Below, piece after piece: positions 1 through 14,349 of a stretch of DNA of 60,417 nt; position 1 is the first letter of the stretch, and the number at the start of each line of letters is the position of its first letter. Both the position numbers and the translations under genes were made by a program. The stretch comes from Pseudovirgaria hyperparasitica. Lineage: Eukaryota. Where the stretch lies: NCBI GenBank assembly GCA_010093815.1, contig ML996589.1; one strand, written 5' to 3'. The notes under the pieces are model-generated. The model saw only the letters and a list, made by a program, of their open reading frames with translations, was not told the DNA's origin and did no database searches.

Positions 1-2099
1 ATATACTTTTCTTCATCTAGAAACCAGAAGACCACCCACAGTCCTGACGTTCCAGTTCATCGCCGGTATAAAGCGGTTGGTCTTACTCTTTGTTTGGCCG
101 TAGACTAAGGCTACATAGGCTATTATGGCCCTACACCTTCTGCGGCATCGGAAGCTTCCCAAGATGCTGTCCGAACAGAAAACAGTGTTTTGGAGAACGC
201 TGTGACACATTGGGAGACAGTGATGCAGCATACAGCCCTCTGTACGAGACGGGGCTTTATGTAACTTTGCGATGGATGTAGAATACAGATCATCTTACTT
301 CTACCAATCGAGAAGGTCGCCTTAGGTGATGCTCCACCTGGCAGAGTTGTCACTTTGGCGTACATCTGGACTTATACCGTTGTCCCGTTGAACAAGATAG
401 CACGCTTGCGCTCCGAAACTGCAAAGGAAATTAATGACCTTGCCCGCGTCCCTGCTCTCACTCAGACCAAATCAACTGTTTTCAATCACCCAAGTGCGAG
501 CGAACTCAAGGTATCCCGTGGGCAGGTGGAGTTTTGCAGCGTTGAATTCGCTAACAGACAAAGCAAGAAAGGAACGCTGGATATTTTCAGCTTCACCGCG
601 ACGGCTAACAAGACCGTTCCCTTGATTGGTGATCAGGAGATAAAGACGCCAGTCTTGATGATTTACGTGGTTGTCTCAGTATCGCTCCATAAAACCCTGT
701 TTTTTCCAATCGAACAATAGCCGAAGAAGCTCGGTATTGAAGAACCGATGCGAAATTTGTGAGGCGTGTAAAGTCGCGGCTTTTTCTGATGAGATCATAA
801 CACAGCCCCAAGGTTACAAAACTACAGTGTGTCGGCAAGGCGTACAGCTCTCAGACGGCGAAATCCAATGTTTAGCTATCGGTCGCGCCCTCATGTCCTC
901 TGCGATCCGTCTTGCGCCGTGCTTTCCAAGTCTTTAGCGCCTCGCGGATTAGTGTCGGTGTGCTCGAGAGCGTGAGTTGGAGATAAATCATTCCACCGTC
1001 CAATGAATGCAAGGTAGAGTCTTTAGAAGAACATTCCAATCTTCTAGATCGTATGAAGGGGTACACAGAGATAAATCAGAATTACTCGCCAAACGAATGG
1101 CAGGAGTCGCGGCAACGAGAAAAGAGACCAAGTCAACGGTTCCGGCCTAATGCCAGAAGAACAAGACAGCAGAGCGTTAGTAAATCCTAGTCTCACTTAT
1201 GACAGCTTGTAAGACGAGAGATTCTCCGGTTCCTGCCTTTGAGATCGTACACATATCATTTCCGACATGTTCATCCTCTTCGGCGCTGTCATGACTTGAT
1301 TGACATGGATGGTCCTAGAGCGTCCAACCGCTCTGATTAGCTGGGGAGGGGCGATTGTGATTGTACGTTGGTTTTAGCATGCCTGCTTGGATTTATAGCC
1401 CCCATAGAAGAGCATGGTGTAGTACAAGGCGAGCATCACTGCTGCCTGGATCCGTGATAGCGACAGCGATGATGAAAGGCCATTGGAGCGAGGCAAACAT
1501 CTCAAGCCATTCTTCCTTTCATTGGTCTCCTATACTTCATAGCTTGCGTGCCGGAGTCCACGCTCGCTGTATGATGGACATACAAAGAGCAAACGCCAAC
1601 ATTGAGAGAAAATTATAGTTTAGTTCATAATGTCAAAGCGTGTTATACTCGTGCACAGCCCACACACTCACAAGCCGTTAACAAGCGAAGCTATTCTCTT
1701 ATGAACAGACATAAATGAAGCTGCCACATACGAGCATTTCATTCTTATGCAATAATGCGCATACTGTCCATTTAGGAACAAGGGTCAAGGAATCTACGGC
1801 ATGAAGCATTCAATTTAGCGCTGTCTTGGACCACTGAATCATAGAAAGTATCTTGCTCCTGGTATTATGCCCAACACGTCCAAGACGACAGGGCCGGTAG
1901 TTTGGGGTTATGGGGCGTGGTGTTGAATTTGGATGTACACGGCCAATAGGAAGGAAGGATGTGGCCGAGTTGTTTGCGTTTGCGAGGGAAGAGTGGTTGC
2001 TACAGGGCAACGGGACGATTGTGTGGGATGCGACGCGTATACATGAGCGACTTTGGAACGAGCGTGGCATTGAGATGCATACTTCCGTGGGATGTACGC

Positions 2100-2175
2100 T
2101 GAGCGGTGGAAACAAGACAAGGGGCACGAGTTTGTCCTGAGCGGTGATAACAAGATAAGGGGCACGAGTTTGTAC
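2100..2175 (+). repeat. 38-bp tandem duplication
   Basis: tgagcggtggaaacaagacaaggggcacgagtttgtcc (2100-2137) is followed directly by tgagcggtgataacaagataaggggcacgagtttgtac (2138-2175). Confidence 0.9.
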
Positions 2176-2279
2176 AGATAGCCTCCGTGGGTTGAGTAAG
2201 AGGACAGGAACTTCATCCAAGTTCCCATTGGCTTGTTAAGAGCGGCATGTTTTACCCTGTCATTCATTCGGACGCTGTT

Positions 2280-3423
2280 TTAGCTCGTCATATTGGCGAT
2301 GCTCCCGGACAGGACAAGTGGAGGCTTTCTCTCCTCAACCTGATATGCATATCAACTTTCTCTTTCCTGTGCTTGTTAGTCTCCGAGCATCTTCTCGCAC
2401 ACACCGATCGCTCAATCACTCCTTGTCTCTGAATGCTTTCCTCTCCACTCTAGCAACGTATGCGATGGATTGTCTTTAACTTAGTCGTCCTTAGCGATGG
2501 TGCGAATCATCTTACCGTGGGGGAACTGCTCAACGTTTTCGCCGACATCGAGTGTGAGACCGCGTGCTATGACGGCTTTTTCGTTACAGCTCGAGATTGC
2601 CGGCCGCCCAATGCTAAAACTATGAAGACGGTCTCGCTCAAGTCAACTCGTCTGGTACCGCCAAAGAGATCGCCAACAGCGTCCTTAGCCAGCTCCAATC
2701 ACCACGGTCCCGGATGCTCAGCTCGGGATGAGAGCTCGGGGCATGAGTGTGCCGTTTCCAATCTACCAGTTCATACGGATAGAAGAAGGTCTATCTTGTC
2801 ACACTATCCTACGTGCTCCACTAAGTATTGCTCAGCGCTCTCACAATACTGACGATCAATAGCCTAGCTCAGCGCTCAATCGGTTCAAGAAGCGTATCAG
2901 TTTCATCACTGCCGAGTGTCAGATGGGTGCATGCAATGCCCGTCCTTCAAATGCGATGACTTTACGCCCTCCGCACCCATCCGATTCCAAAAAGCATGCA
3001 CACGACGCTGAACAGTCTGGACAGGAAGTCTGTTACTTCTCACTTTTCTGCCATGGCCGCCGCGAACAAGGCGCGCATCAGTTGAAAGTTTCGTAAGCGA
3101 CCGCGCGCGACTCCGACTCCACACGTCTTGCGATCCTGCGTGAAGCAGAAGAGGCCCAGATCGTCCTGATGCGCGAACATCAGTCAAACAGACACGGGTT
3201 CGGGACATACTTGAGGGCAGCAGTTGCGAGTCTACTTAGGAGTGTCGTTACCGAGTTTCCAGATCTTGTAGCCGAGAGTTCGGCGTGTTGGGAGTTTGTG
3301 GAGATCGTGGGCGATCGGGGGCTGTTGGATGAGGTGCCCGGGAGGATGGAGGGCGAGATTAAGTAATATTGAGGGTATGTCCACAAAGTTTTGGGCGCTG
3401 GCGGTGTGAAGAGTATGTAACAC
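2280..3423 (-). pseudogene. Probable degraded spliced gene of unknown function
   Basis: Minus-strand GTATGT...CTGAT...CAG intron-like segment at ~3165-3210. Protein-like frames (e.g. DVGENVEQFPHGKMIRTIAKDD) are broken by TAA/TAG/TGA stops of RIP type. No family recognised. Confidence 0.3.
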
Positions 3424-6400
3424 TTGCCTCCTAGGGCGAGAAATGCTTTATCGGTTCCGCGATAAACGCCAAACGATCGCATCGTTCCTCGAAGACATAT
3501 ATAGAGCCATGAGGCTAGTGATATTATCTCTAGATAGATTTTGAGTTATGGCAGCGGTCGTGTGTATCACCGAGCGCTCATGTACTTTGGACTTTCCACC
3601 GCCTTATTCAAGGGATACCAGACGTGAAGAGAGAAGCTGCTGTTGCCCTTAGCAGGGAACAATAAAGTTATCGATGTATAGTCATGGAACTATCCCTGGT
3701 TCATGAGGTCAACACGTCAGATCAGGTGGAGACTTGATTTCCTTTGTGTTGGAGAGAATTGCGATCCATGAATGACTGACCGCTCAATATCAAACACACT
3801 CTCGCACAACGTGGAAGGCATTCCAAGTTATACACCCCTTGCTTTCTCTAACCAACTCATATCTTAAGCTGTGCAACTTCGTAGCAGTATAGCCGCTGAC
3901 TGTTGACAACGGATTGTGAACATAGAAAAAGCCCAGACACGCGCAATTTTAACTCTCAGTCGTTTGTATGCACTTTTAGTATTATCATTCCGTACCCAAT
4001 GGACGAAGAATAGACTGCTTAATCATTAAAGCCACCACCGACGTGCGTGTGAATATCAGAGACCATCTGACATATAAATACTCAGCATGAACGGCGCTAC
4101 ACAGTGTATACTACAAAACAGCGAGCTCTGCTGCGCGATGCCTGGCATATCCTTGGAAGATAGTAGACAAACTAGATGATCATGTCGATGCTTCAGCGTT
4201 GCGTCCGCCCTTATATGCCCCTAGAACTTCCGACATTGCAACCTGTCATGAGTGAATATACCATGCAAACACCCGATATAGTTTGGCCTGCGAGTATATA
4301 GGGGTCTGTGAGATGCAGTCGATATATATGGGAAGAAATCACATTCCACTACTGCCTAAATCATGCTATACATCCTTATAAGTGTGAGTGTAACGCTTGA
4401 GACGGAGACGCTGCGACAGGAGACATTCGACGGTTAACATGACTCTACAAAGTCTTTTAACTTCGTTCTCAATGACTTAGTATGAGCATTCTTCTCTACG
4501 AACGGTCACATCTTCGCACCTCGCGTCGGATCGACACGTTGGATACACCTCTGTCTTACTGATGTTCACTCATGGATGTTCGTCTCACTGGTAATTCCCA
4601 ATGCGCACCCCATTGATCGCGAATATCACACGAGGCAAATCACTTCTTTGCGACACGCATTCTTATAAACAGAGTCGGTACCAGTATGCTGGACAAAGAC
4701 ATGTAACAAGTGCAAGAATACTGGTGATTTTCATATCAGAACGTACTTGGACAGCCATCACCGCAACATCGTGCACACAAAGCACACCGCCTACTAAATG
4801 CACCGAGACTTTGTCCTACCGTCGATTTGCCCAACACAGTATACACAGTCCTGACAAGTCGCGGAGGTCATTTTCATAGTAGCTGATATCACTCACTAGA
4901 GGCCACACCGCCGGTCGCATACATTGATATGGAATTGGCGAAATATGATGGGACATTTCGCGACGACCGGCAAATTCCACGATGTAAAGACAGTATTAAT
5001 CAATGACAAGAGTGAACACAAGAAGAAATAGGAAGACACATAAGTCGCCAACCCTCGTGCCCGTAGCAAACGATCATAAACCTATTAATATCAATACACG
5101 ATATCCAAGTTTCGGACTTTAGTGCTCAGAATGATGTCTTCGTGCATGGTCTACCACCATGACTATTATAGTCATGGCCAATATGCCTGCGAATGTCTAT
5201 AACGCTACGTTTATGCATACGCAAAACGTACTCTTGGACGCACTAACTCGAGAAAGACTGGCCAGCTCCAATGTGGCCATGAACCTTTTTATATAGAAGT
5301 TGAGACGTCGGCTTCCCAGAACTCATGCATCGGACGTTAACAAATTAACAACTTTGACCGTTAGGGCAACACCAAATGTTCAAAGCTATAGGTAGATCCA
5401 GTCTGCTGGCGATCGGCCGGCGTACGCTTGTAACATGGCCTCACGGTACCGATGCGAGCGTACGCGAATCATTAGATCCGTCTACTCTAAAAGTACTCCA
5501 TGCACTCTGCCTAGCAGAATTATCGTTTACTATACACCACCTGCAACGCTATGTTTGGAGTGTAAAATGCAATGCGACCATGCCATCATTTTTATATCTC
5601 CTGCCAACGTCCGCATGGACGTGTCTGTCTTCCAGGCCTCACTCTGTGCTTCGCAATTTTTTCCAGGACCGCATTGAGTAACATGTCCTTGGACGACTCT
5701 ATACAGGCTAGACAGTCTTGGTGTCGCCTGTCTTTGGCTTGAATGCTGGTGCGGTCACGCGCGAGTCATAGGCCGAGCCATCATTCCTATGCTTTATCTT
5801 CTATTGCGTATGCTCCTGGTGCATAGTCTATGCGCGAGGGCTCTGATCATCCTGCGTATGAGTTGTCTGAGTCCTGTCCCGAATCTGTACATTTACGCTC
5901 ATGTCAACTTGCCTACTCTGGTTCGCACGTGAGAGCTGGGATGATCTTACACAGCGCCACATTTTTACATCATGTATGGAGGCTCAGATCTCCAAACAGC
6001 CTCAACGTCCAGAGCTCCAGATCGTTAATCGAGAGGCCATGCAGCAAGGCCTGGAAGAGGTCGTTCTTCATTACTGCTTGAGGGCTCTGGTGAAGTGTCG
6101 TATCCAAAATCCAGCTTGGGCCACCCTTGGCCGGTCTATCCATCGTTCCCGTGTCCCAGCCTTGACATTTTTGGGTAATAGAGTTCATAGTTCTTCGCGC
6201 AAGTCAACCTTGGCATGGGCTTGATTTCTTCGGGTGACGTATTGCTTCAAGATAGATGTTTTTCGGTCTTTGTATTCTAAGAACGCTATACACTTTTGTA
6301 GCACGTCGTCGGTGATATGATACGACTCTTGATCTTTTCGACGAGATCCGGTGAGTTGCTTGCTACGGCTTCTCTCAGACGAGTGCAAACACTTCGCCAT

Positions 6401-6989
6401 ATGCTCTGTGGTGGGTTGCGGTATTTGCATGGATTGGAAGCAATGGAAGCGACATCCTGTCCGTCAATAGAGGCCTTCGATGCAGCGCTAATCATTGTCC
6501 AGCGATAGAGAACAGTGAAGTATTTCCATATAACCCGCAGTCTGTCTTCCTCTTCCTCTTCCTTGATCTTCCTAGGACCGTGGTTGACTTTCAGCGTGTT
6601 ATGATGGGCTTCAGGGGCATCACGATGGTCCTACTCGCATCTTCTTCGGTATCTCTTTATTCTTCGGGCCACTGAGACTCGGTCCAGCACCTTTGCGCAG
6701 ACTGAGGCGGTGTTGGAAATTGACGTGTACCTGCATTTTTTGACACGGCGTGGCATAGCTTCCATGAGGTCTCGACGATAGCATTCCAGCGCGAATCGGC
6801 GAGCTCTTTCGAAATGGTTTTGTAGTGGTTGGTGACATAGTTGAGTGCCTCAACGTACGATGTGCAAGAAGAGAAGCGCTGTTCACCCTGAAGGGACTAC
6901 TGGTATTTGATGGCTCTGGTGAGCCAAGGGTCCTCGGTTGACTGGTGATCCTTATCCTAGGATAGATTAAGCAAGGAGTATCTCAACTT

Positions 6990-7850
6990 ACCTTAGACGA
7001 AGAAGACCACAATTCCAAAACTTCCTGTTGTTGTATACTAATCTCGCGGGACTCCTTATAGAACGAAGCCGTAAATACGCTGACTGTTCCGAATCCATAT
7101 ACATATAGAATGGGTTAAGAATTCGAATCAGTAATGTAGTGGAAGTCTCTGGAAGCATGGTACACACTGAAAGGGTTTCAGGTTGGCTACTATTAACCCC
7201 ATGCTAGATACAGAGCTCGCGCAAGAGGCCAAGCAAGACAATCACCTCAGTAACATTAAGTCTGTTCAACTTTGACGTACGATTGATGCACACATCACCA
7301 CTAATGGATCTACCAGTGTCACATATGCAAACTGAGTCAATCTTCCAGGTGCATCCATCCAGGACGGAGAATGTATAGCGACGTCCCATACACAAGTTGT
7401 CATCATCAGCCGTGAGTGTGCAGTCTATTCCGGCGTAGTTTAGTGGTATTGTCTGAGCTGTGACCCTCACGAGCCTTTCAGTGAATACCATTGACATATG
7501 CAGCCCTTCCATTAGATTTTCTTCATTGTACTTCCTTATATCTGGTGTAAGATGACCTGCTGTCTCCAAGTCCATAGGGACGAGGTTGTACGGTAATCCT
7601 TTGAACGGGGGATTGTGATCCTCGCGACCACGTAGCCTAATAGAATCGAATACCTCTTTAATATCTACGTAAGGAAGTCGGCCAAGTTCATTATCAAATC
7701 CATTTGACCTGAATTCTTGCTCGAGGATGATTCTGAGCGCGTCAAGATGAGCGATTGTTTGATTCCAGTGTTTCGTTTCGAACAAGGGTTCCGTGACGCG
7801 GTGAGATTTCAGAGGATGCCGTATCGGAGGTATTCTTCTAAGGAGTTCCC
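6990..7850 (-). pseudogene. RIP-damaged hypothetical gene (includes ORF 7204-7785)
   Basis: The 193-aa ORF continues in frame for ~70 codons past a TAG (likely CAG) at 7204-7206 up to a GTAAGT donor at ~6990. No confident domain. Confidence 0.5.
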
Positions 7851-8454
7851 GTTAGTGGCATTATAGCGAACGGGAAAAACTCTAACGTCATTTGAAGCAG
7901 TAGCTGGAGTATAGCAGACCTGTCGGATCCAACGACGTGGGAGCCAAGAGTCGAGGAAGCTGTGAGTCAGAAGGGTGTGGTAGTGAACTAAATGGAATCC
8001 ATAGCCCTGAGTATGTCAAGCCACAAAGACGCGAAGAAAAGAACGTTTGGTCATTCCAAGCAACAGCCACGACAGTACGGGGTGAGGCACCTTGTGTACT
8101 ATGCCCTGTAGGTCAGCAGAGCAGGCGTCTGTCCAACATGGCGATACCCCATCTGCGTCAAGACTAGATGAAGATGCAATGTCCAATCTACTCTTTGGAA
8201 CCAGCCGACCAGAGGGTCGTCTAGACTCGCGAGGCCTCTTCAATGCGATATGGCATCAGGTAAGCTGGGCGTTGCTGTAGCTGGACGTCACTGTAGCTGT
8301 CGACGTTCTCGTCAATATTACTGTCAATGTTGCTGTCGATGTTGCTGTCAGTGTCGCTGTCACTGTCGCCGTCGTTGTTGCGGTCTAGCAAAGGGCTGAT
8401 GCAGCTGGAGCAGAAGAAACTCGAGATGATTCATACATGCTGAGGTTCCGTAGA

Positions 8455-8532
8455 CGCCTTGCTACCTTGCCGCCTTGCCGCCTTGCCGCCTTGCCGCCTT
8501 GCCGCCTTGCCGCCTTGCCGCCTTGCCGCCTT
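8455..8532. repeat. 8-bp tandem repeat (CTTGCCGC)n, ~9-10 copies
   Basis: Directly visible; it generates the spurious GGKAARRQ and LPPCRLAA ORFs. Confidence 0.95.
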
Positions 8533-9537
8533 TTCGACTGTCGCCTTGCACCGCAGGCAACAGATCCACAAGACCAACAACGAGCGACATTCAGACGCCG
8601 TTCTCTGTTTGCGGAATTGTACGTTAATGAGCTCACGAACCATTAGGGACACTGCCGACCAGGAGAATCAGTTCATCGGCAAGAGTAAGCACTTCGACAA
8701 ACTTTCGTCAACGTGTTACATACGCACATGGTTCACTACCTTCTAACTCGTCCTGTTCATGCTCGCCAGCTGGCTAGAGGATACCTATTAGACTCTTTGA
8801 AGATGCTACCTACAGTGTCCGCACACGCAACAGCCCTGCAATGAAACTGATTGCGAGTAAACGCGTAACGACCTTCGGATTCAGATATGCGTTTATCCCT
8901 TTGAGCATGGGAGCAATTGGATTGAGCGCGGTAGGTGCTTCGAACCATTGGGAGACATCATGTGCAAGAATGCTCGCACTCTCGAATACCGCGACTTGGA
9001 AGGTTTAGGTACCTGGGCGACCTGGATGCTGACTCCCTCGAAAAGGGAACACTCATCATAGGACCAACGATGTTCGCCCGGTGCCATCCTTTCTCGTCCT
9101 TCGAGCCACCATTAGAAACGCTCCTCCACTCACTATATAATCGGTATCCCCTCATATTATTAAAAGAATATGCCTAGTACCGAGAGCTCTAGAACTACGG
9201 CTGCTCCAGAAGCGCTTCACAAAGCTAGATGATATCTGCGATATGAGGGTACACGCGGCCTTCGGCTTCATGAACAAAGTCCATTGCCGATGTGTATCCG
9301 AGGTAGACTGGTCGTTTAATGCCTTCATTCCATTACTGATCGGTGGTGTATCCAGTATGTATCGATTAGCAAGCATCCATCCGTGTGTAATATCTACTTA
9401 GGACGGCATGCTATACGATTTTCGAGATAGACGATCTTCTCTTACGCATGTCTGCGATTTCATCCTACCTCGCCATCGCACAAGTTTTGCAGCACCATAT
9501 CTCTCCTATAGCTGTGATCCAGGGATGCCGAGCCACC

Positions 9538-11026
9538 ATGTCACGCAACGTAGCCAGTCTCCTTGTTCAGAGACTCAACAAAAAAAGAGATGGTTCCCTT
9601 GACTCAGCATCGCCCTAGGATCCAAAGACGAAACAATCGTGTGGGGACAAGGCTAAAAGCATCGGTTAGAAGTTCTGCAAAAAGCTCACATCAGACCCAA
9701 TTTTCACTTCCCGGTCCTCTCGCATATATGATGCAAAAAACACACGTATGGATAGACATAGAAGATTCTCGGAATTACAGGAGCAGTAGATGTCTGGATT
9801 CAAGATCACGGGGGTCCCAAGCTGGGCACCTAAACTTTGCGTGGCTCCTCCACACCGTTAACGTTGACGAATTTTGCTATGAAAACAGAAGTTGGTTGGA
9901 CAGGAATGATTGAATGAGGCCAAGCTAGACGATCATCGGATTATCGCGGATGTAAATCAAGACTGGGCTGGGATGGACTTCTAGATGATATACAGCTCAC
10001 ACCAGCCTCCATAAGGAACCCGCCGTATGCCCCCGAATCGTTTACCACAGCCAGGATTTGGAAGCTCCAAGTCGTGTATGATCCATCAAACTACGTCTTG
10101 CCATTTGTAGGTCGCTCCTCGACGAACAGCAATGCTTTTGACGACCTACCGCCTACACATAAACAGATCCCTAACGCAACGCTTATCATTCTTTTCAACA
10201 CTCTGCTTCTCGAGAAAAACACACAACAAGCAGAATTCCGTATAGACCGAGTACGATTTCGCTACCCGACACCCGGACGCACATATGGCTACGCAGCTTG
10301 TATCGACGGTGCGTGCTTCCTGAAACCAGAAGCGTCTCCACCTAGCACCTTCACTGAAGTTACTGGCGTCAAGCAGGCTGTATCTGAGGTGAAGCCCTTC
10401 CCGCGAGATTCGAGGGTCTTGCGTAAGAAAGGTCTAACAACCGAGACAGCCCTCACAAATGCGGACTGGAACTTAGCGCTAGAACTACAGGAGATGTCAC
10501 AACTGGTAGCGTGGATGACTACCCATCTTAGAGCCTACAATAACATCGCAAAGCATGAGCTGATCAGTAATAAGCCGTGTAATTACCAGTACGTTAACTG
10601 CAGCATTCCTCCCCAACTTCAATTCTAATCCAGCTGCTAGACGAGTATCGCTCTCCCAATGTTCCGACGAGATATGGATCAATTTCTCGCGCTACGATGA
10701 TTCGTATGTGCAATATCTTAACAAGGACATCACAAAGGGCACGTGCGAACCTATACGCACACGCTACTATGGCTTATCCCTTCGAACCTAGTAACGCAGC
10801 ACATACGGAAGCGCTGTTCAAAGCCACAAACGCACATATAACTTGGCGCATCACTAAGCTCTCACCACACCCAGAGCCCAATTTATCCTACCATCGCAGA
10901 CCGAGAGGCCAGGATGGGACAAGGGGAACCTATCAAGATCCACTAAGTGCTATATCTAATACACAAGCGAGCCTAGATGTCTTGAATAACAAGAAGGGGG
11001 CTATAACTTTCGACAATCAAACGTGA
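9538..11026 (+). pseudogene. PD-(D/E)XK restriction-endonuclease-fold-like fungal gene, degraded
   Basis: ORF 10074-10628 has A-x-x-D-G...E-V-K-P...L-Q-E-M-S-Q-L-V-A-W. An intron at 10589-10640 (GTACGT...CTAAT...TAG) joins in frame to QRVSLSQCSDEIWINFSRYDDSYVQYL. A frameshift near 10775 splits YG/PFEP. The 5' part has RIP-type stops, so the start is uncertain. Confidence 0.6.
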
Positions 11027-11497
11027 GAACTCACTTGCGCTAAAAGCTAGGCGAGATACTATCCTAAGGCGAATATAGGTATATACTACTAGCCTCCAGG
11101 AAAGGTATATTACAGCATGCCATAAACATTTCCTTTGAGATGTGTATGCTACGAGAGGCTTCGGAGGGTGCGGAGATGTGTAGGCTGAATGAGGAACGCC
11201 GGCAAGTCGGCTTCAGAGAATCGATGGCTATAGTATACGCCGGAATCCGTATGAGCAGGCTGGGGGCTTTAATATTATACTATAGCTAGATAGAAGGGCA
11301 AGGTGGTGCGTTTAAGTTGGTGGAGACAAAGGTGTACTGTGAGTATTTAACCTGATTAGCCGACTCCGAATCTCCTTTATTAGTATTCTCATCGCTCGAT
11401 GGAGTAATTATTTATAATGCACTGCCATACTATCGACACTCATATCAACCATCTCCCCTCGCCCTCACCGTCACCAAATACTAGTTTGCAAACACCG

Positions 11498-12830
11498 TCA
11501 GGCGCTGATACTTAACACGGAGGCGAGTAGCGCAACGTCGTCAAATCGCGCGTTGGCGCACATCTTGTCAGGGTTGTAAAGCGGCATGCCCGCCGCCGCG
11601 TCCAACATGAAGAGGGAAACCAGCGCTGCCCAGGCGTTTGCACTTGTCATCACCAAGCACGACGAGTAGGGCATTGAGGGGCTGCGCCAGCAGCGTAATG
11701 TCTCAACAAAGCGGATCGAGCAGACGTTGTCATGACCACTAATAGGAATAAAGGCTGTCGGGGCGTCGTCTATCAGCGCAACAATAGTAGTAAGAGCCAA
11801 GTATCGCAGAGGTGGCTGCATGGCATCACGGCCCCATTGAGGAAGAGATCGAAAGACGGGTCGATACACATATCTTATAGCACACGAATCGAACAAGAGT
11901 GTTCGTGCCTAAAAACCAAGGAGGCGCGCCAGACCATGAAATAGATATGGTACAGCTCCATACGGCGGGCAGTCTAGCAGCATGTCGACTACACGGCCTA
12001 GGTATGCGAAGCCCGCGCTCGCGCTAAGAGGATGATAGGGTTCGGAACAGGTACGTAGGAAGGTGGGATCCACCGCAGCGTAGAACGATCCATAGATACG
12101 TGTCCTTGGCAGATCATAGAGATTATACGCTGGGTCATTTAAAGTGTTCTTTAGGAGGTTAATCCGCTTTTACTCGAACTGTCTTTGTCATTTCGTGAGG
12201 CGAAAGTTAGATAGTTCCGCGTGAGGCACAGAGGGTATGCGATGTTAAACGGACGTTATGGACTACGACACCCAGAAGGTGAATGGCAAAGATGCTATTT
12301 GCTTGTCTGAAAGCAGTTGAACCCGAATTAGTCAGTGTCTGGGTAATAGATAAGAAGCAACTCTTCTCTAGTTCTAAGATTATAGATATTATAGTGTGTT
12401 GTACGATTGGATATAGGTCTAAGAGTCTGATCCGTTTTTCGAACGTGCTCCCCACACATTGGCTTGCTCCGAGCCTGGATGATATCTTGGAACTTCTCTT
12501 CGTATCATAGTGATATTCTGGTTGGTTAAGATACCCACTATTGCCTTTTTAGCAATGTCATCCTCAAGAGTAGCATGTTTATGATTATTAGCATTATAGT
12601 CCACATCTCTTATTTTGACCTTAGCATCTTGGTTAGACTTGCGCTGGTTCTTTTATATGCCCGTAGCACCCTGTCTAGTATGACGATCTTGAATAGCTAA
12701 AGCCACGATATATGCTTCTCCATGGCTATACTAGTTGAGCCCAAACGGGAGGTAGCGCACATGATCCAAATCTTCGTCGCGCATGCTACCTATTATAGTA
12801 CCCCCTAGACGCTTGTCGACACTGTCATGC
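11498..12830 (-). pseudogene. RIP-damaged hypothetical gene
   Basis: Long protein-like minus-strand frames (ORFs 11498-11896 and 12419-12604) are interrupted by TAG/TAA stops that revert to CAG/TGG/CAA. No family recognised. Confidence 0.35.
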
Positions 12831-14053
12831 TACTAGCCTTAATAATGAGGAGGTAGGAGTAATGAGACTCCCATAGCTAGTCTATAGGATTGCGACAAAA
12901 CGAATGGCGTATGTTGTATATCGATGATATAGCCTCGAGTAACGTAGATCGAAGCTGGAAGTCCTTGTCGTTCGATGAAAGTGAGAAATCATGAGATATA
13001 GCCCTTATGCTAAAATAAGCCCATGTCGTGCATTTAAAGTATACTATCCTACGTGACGAAGCACTCCGCCTAGATGATATACCCCTGCTATCACCCCTTA
13101 TTAATTAGTCTTAGCCGTGAAGGCATACCGGCGGGAAGCTTTAGGAAGGTAGGGACTATTATTTTACCCTATTACTTCTACTCTTACTTTCCTTTCGATG
13201 TCTCTTACTCGCTTATGTTGACTAGATTATCTGGCTTGATTGATTGCCAACTACTAATCGTCTCTTGGCTAATTACTATGGACAGAGATTTTCATGATGG
13301 TAATGGCGCGCATCCGCTTACGCATGAGCCTAAACAGAGTCGTGAGCTTGTAGCCATTTACTAGACTCTTACGAACTACACGTATGTTATTCTATAAGAG
13401 TAGAAGGGTAGAGATTTATTATGGTGCGACCAAGGATTTACAACTTAGGTTGCCCGGTCATAGTTATATTATGTACTTTAGACGGCTAAATATATCCATT
13501 AAAAGCGCCCATTCGTAGTACGCATATATATATAAGTTAATATCTAGGGCAAGAACGAGTCCTCTCATAGAGAAGGTTAGCCTTTTAGGCTTTCCATTGG
13601 GTAGATAATAAATCTTTCGGCTTCTCATAAGTATCTATCGCGCGATAGGCCTTCCGAGAGACAGGCCTTTAGCTATAGTAGAGCATTCTAGTTGCCCGAT
13701 CTAATATATGCTAGTGTGCTAATTAGCCATCACGATATGGTACGGACTTCATACTATGTATGGCTATATCACGCCCTTAAGATGGCTACATGAAAATCTT
13801 AGACTATCGTTACTTTAAGTCTTCTTTTAGAGAGGTCCGATTTTATTCGCGCTACGGAAGTATAGATTATATAGAGTTATAGTACTAGGTTACCTTATAT
13901 AAGATACATAGATATAGAACGGTAAATAGACGTAATCTATAAGACTTAGTAAGTAATAAGATATAATTTGGAAGAATTAGTATAGAATCGAGGAAATAAG
14001 TATTAGATATCGCTAAGGCCTAGATAGAGAATGTCTAAGGCCAACATCTTTAT

Positions 14054-14109
14054 TACACCTCCGATCTACCTCCGATCTATTTCAGGTCCACTTTAAGTTA
14101 GCTTCTAGT
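14054..14109 (+). repeat. 11-bp-period TCCAC array, left part (split by element A; continues at 33567-33635)
   Basis: tacacctccga/tctacctccga/tctatttcagg/tccactttaag/ttagcttctag; the phase is preserved across the insertion. Confidence 0.75.
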
Positions 14110-14349
14110 TATAAGGATTGTAGACGTAGGATAGTAGTCTAACAGGTCATAGGAGGATTCGGGAATATATTTAAAAGGGTAGTCTACTCTCCTAACGAGG
14201 TTGATTTCTAAAGAGTAGGAATTAAGTGTGTACGGCCTACTTATATAGTGGTCTCGCTTATTCTAGCTAACTTACCCTAGGTCCACCTATTACGGACCGT
14301 ACTAGACTATAGTATTCTAGTTAAGTCTATTCTAGTGTTAGCCCTAATA
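14110..14349 (-). repeat. 3' LTR of element A
   Basis: Near-identical to 33323-33562; RIP-altered TG...CA termini; polypurine tract (PPT) adjacent at 14351-14368. Confidence 0.95.

Noticed and set aside
1..1100. Overlapping ORFs on both strands at the window start
   Set aside because: Strand and frame could not be decided and no motif was recognised; possibly a gene remnant
8385..8746. ORFs with GGKAARRQ or LPPCRLAA repeats
   Set aside because: Translations of an 8-bp tandem repeat that is open in several frames on both strands
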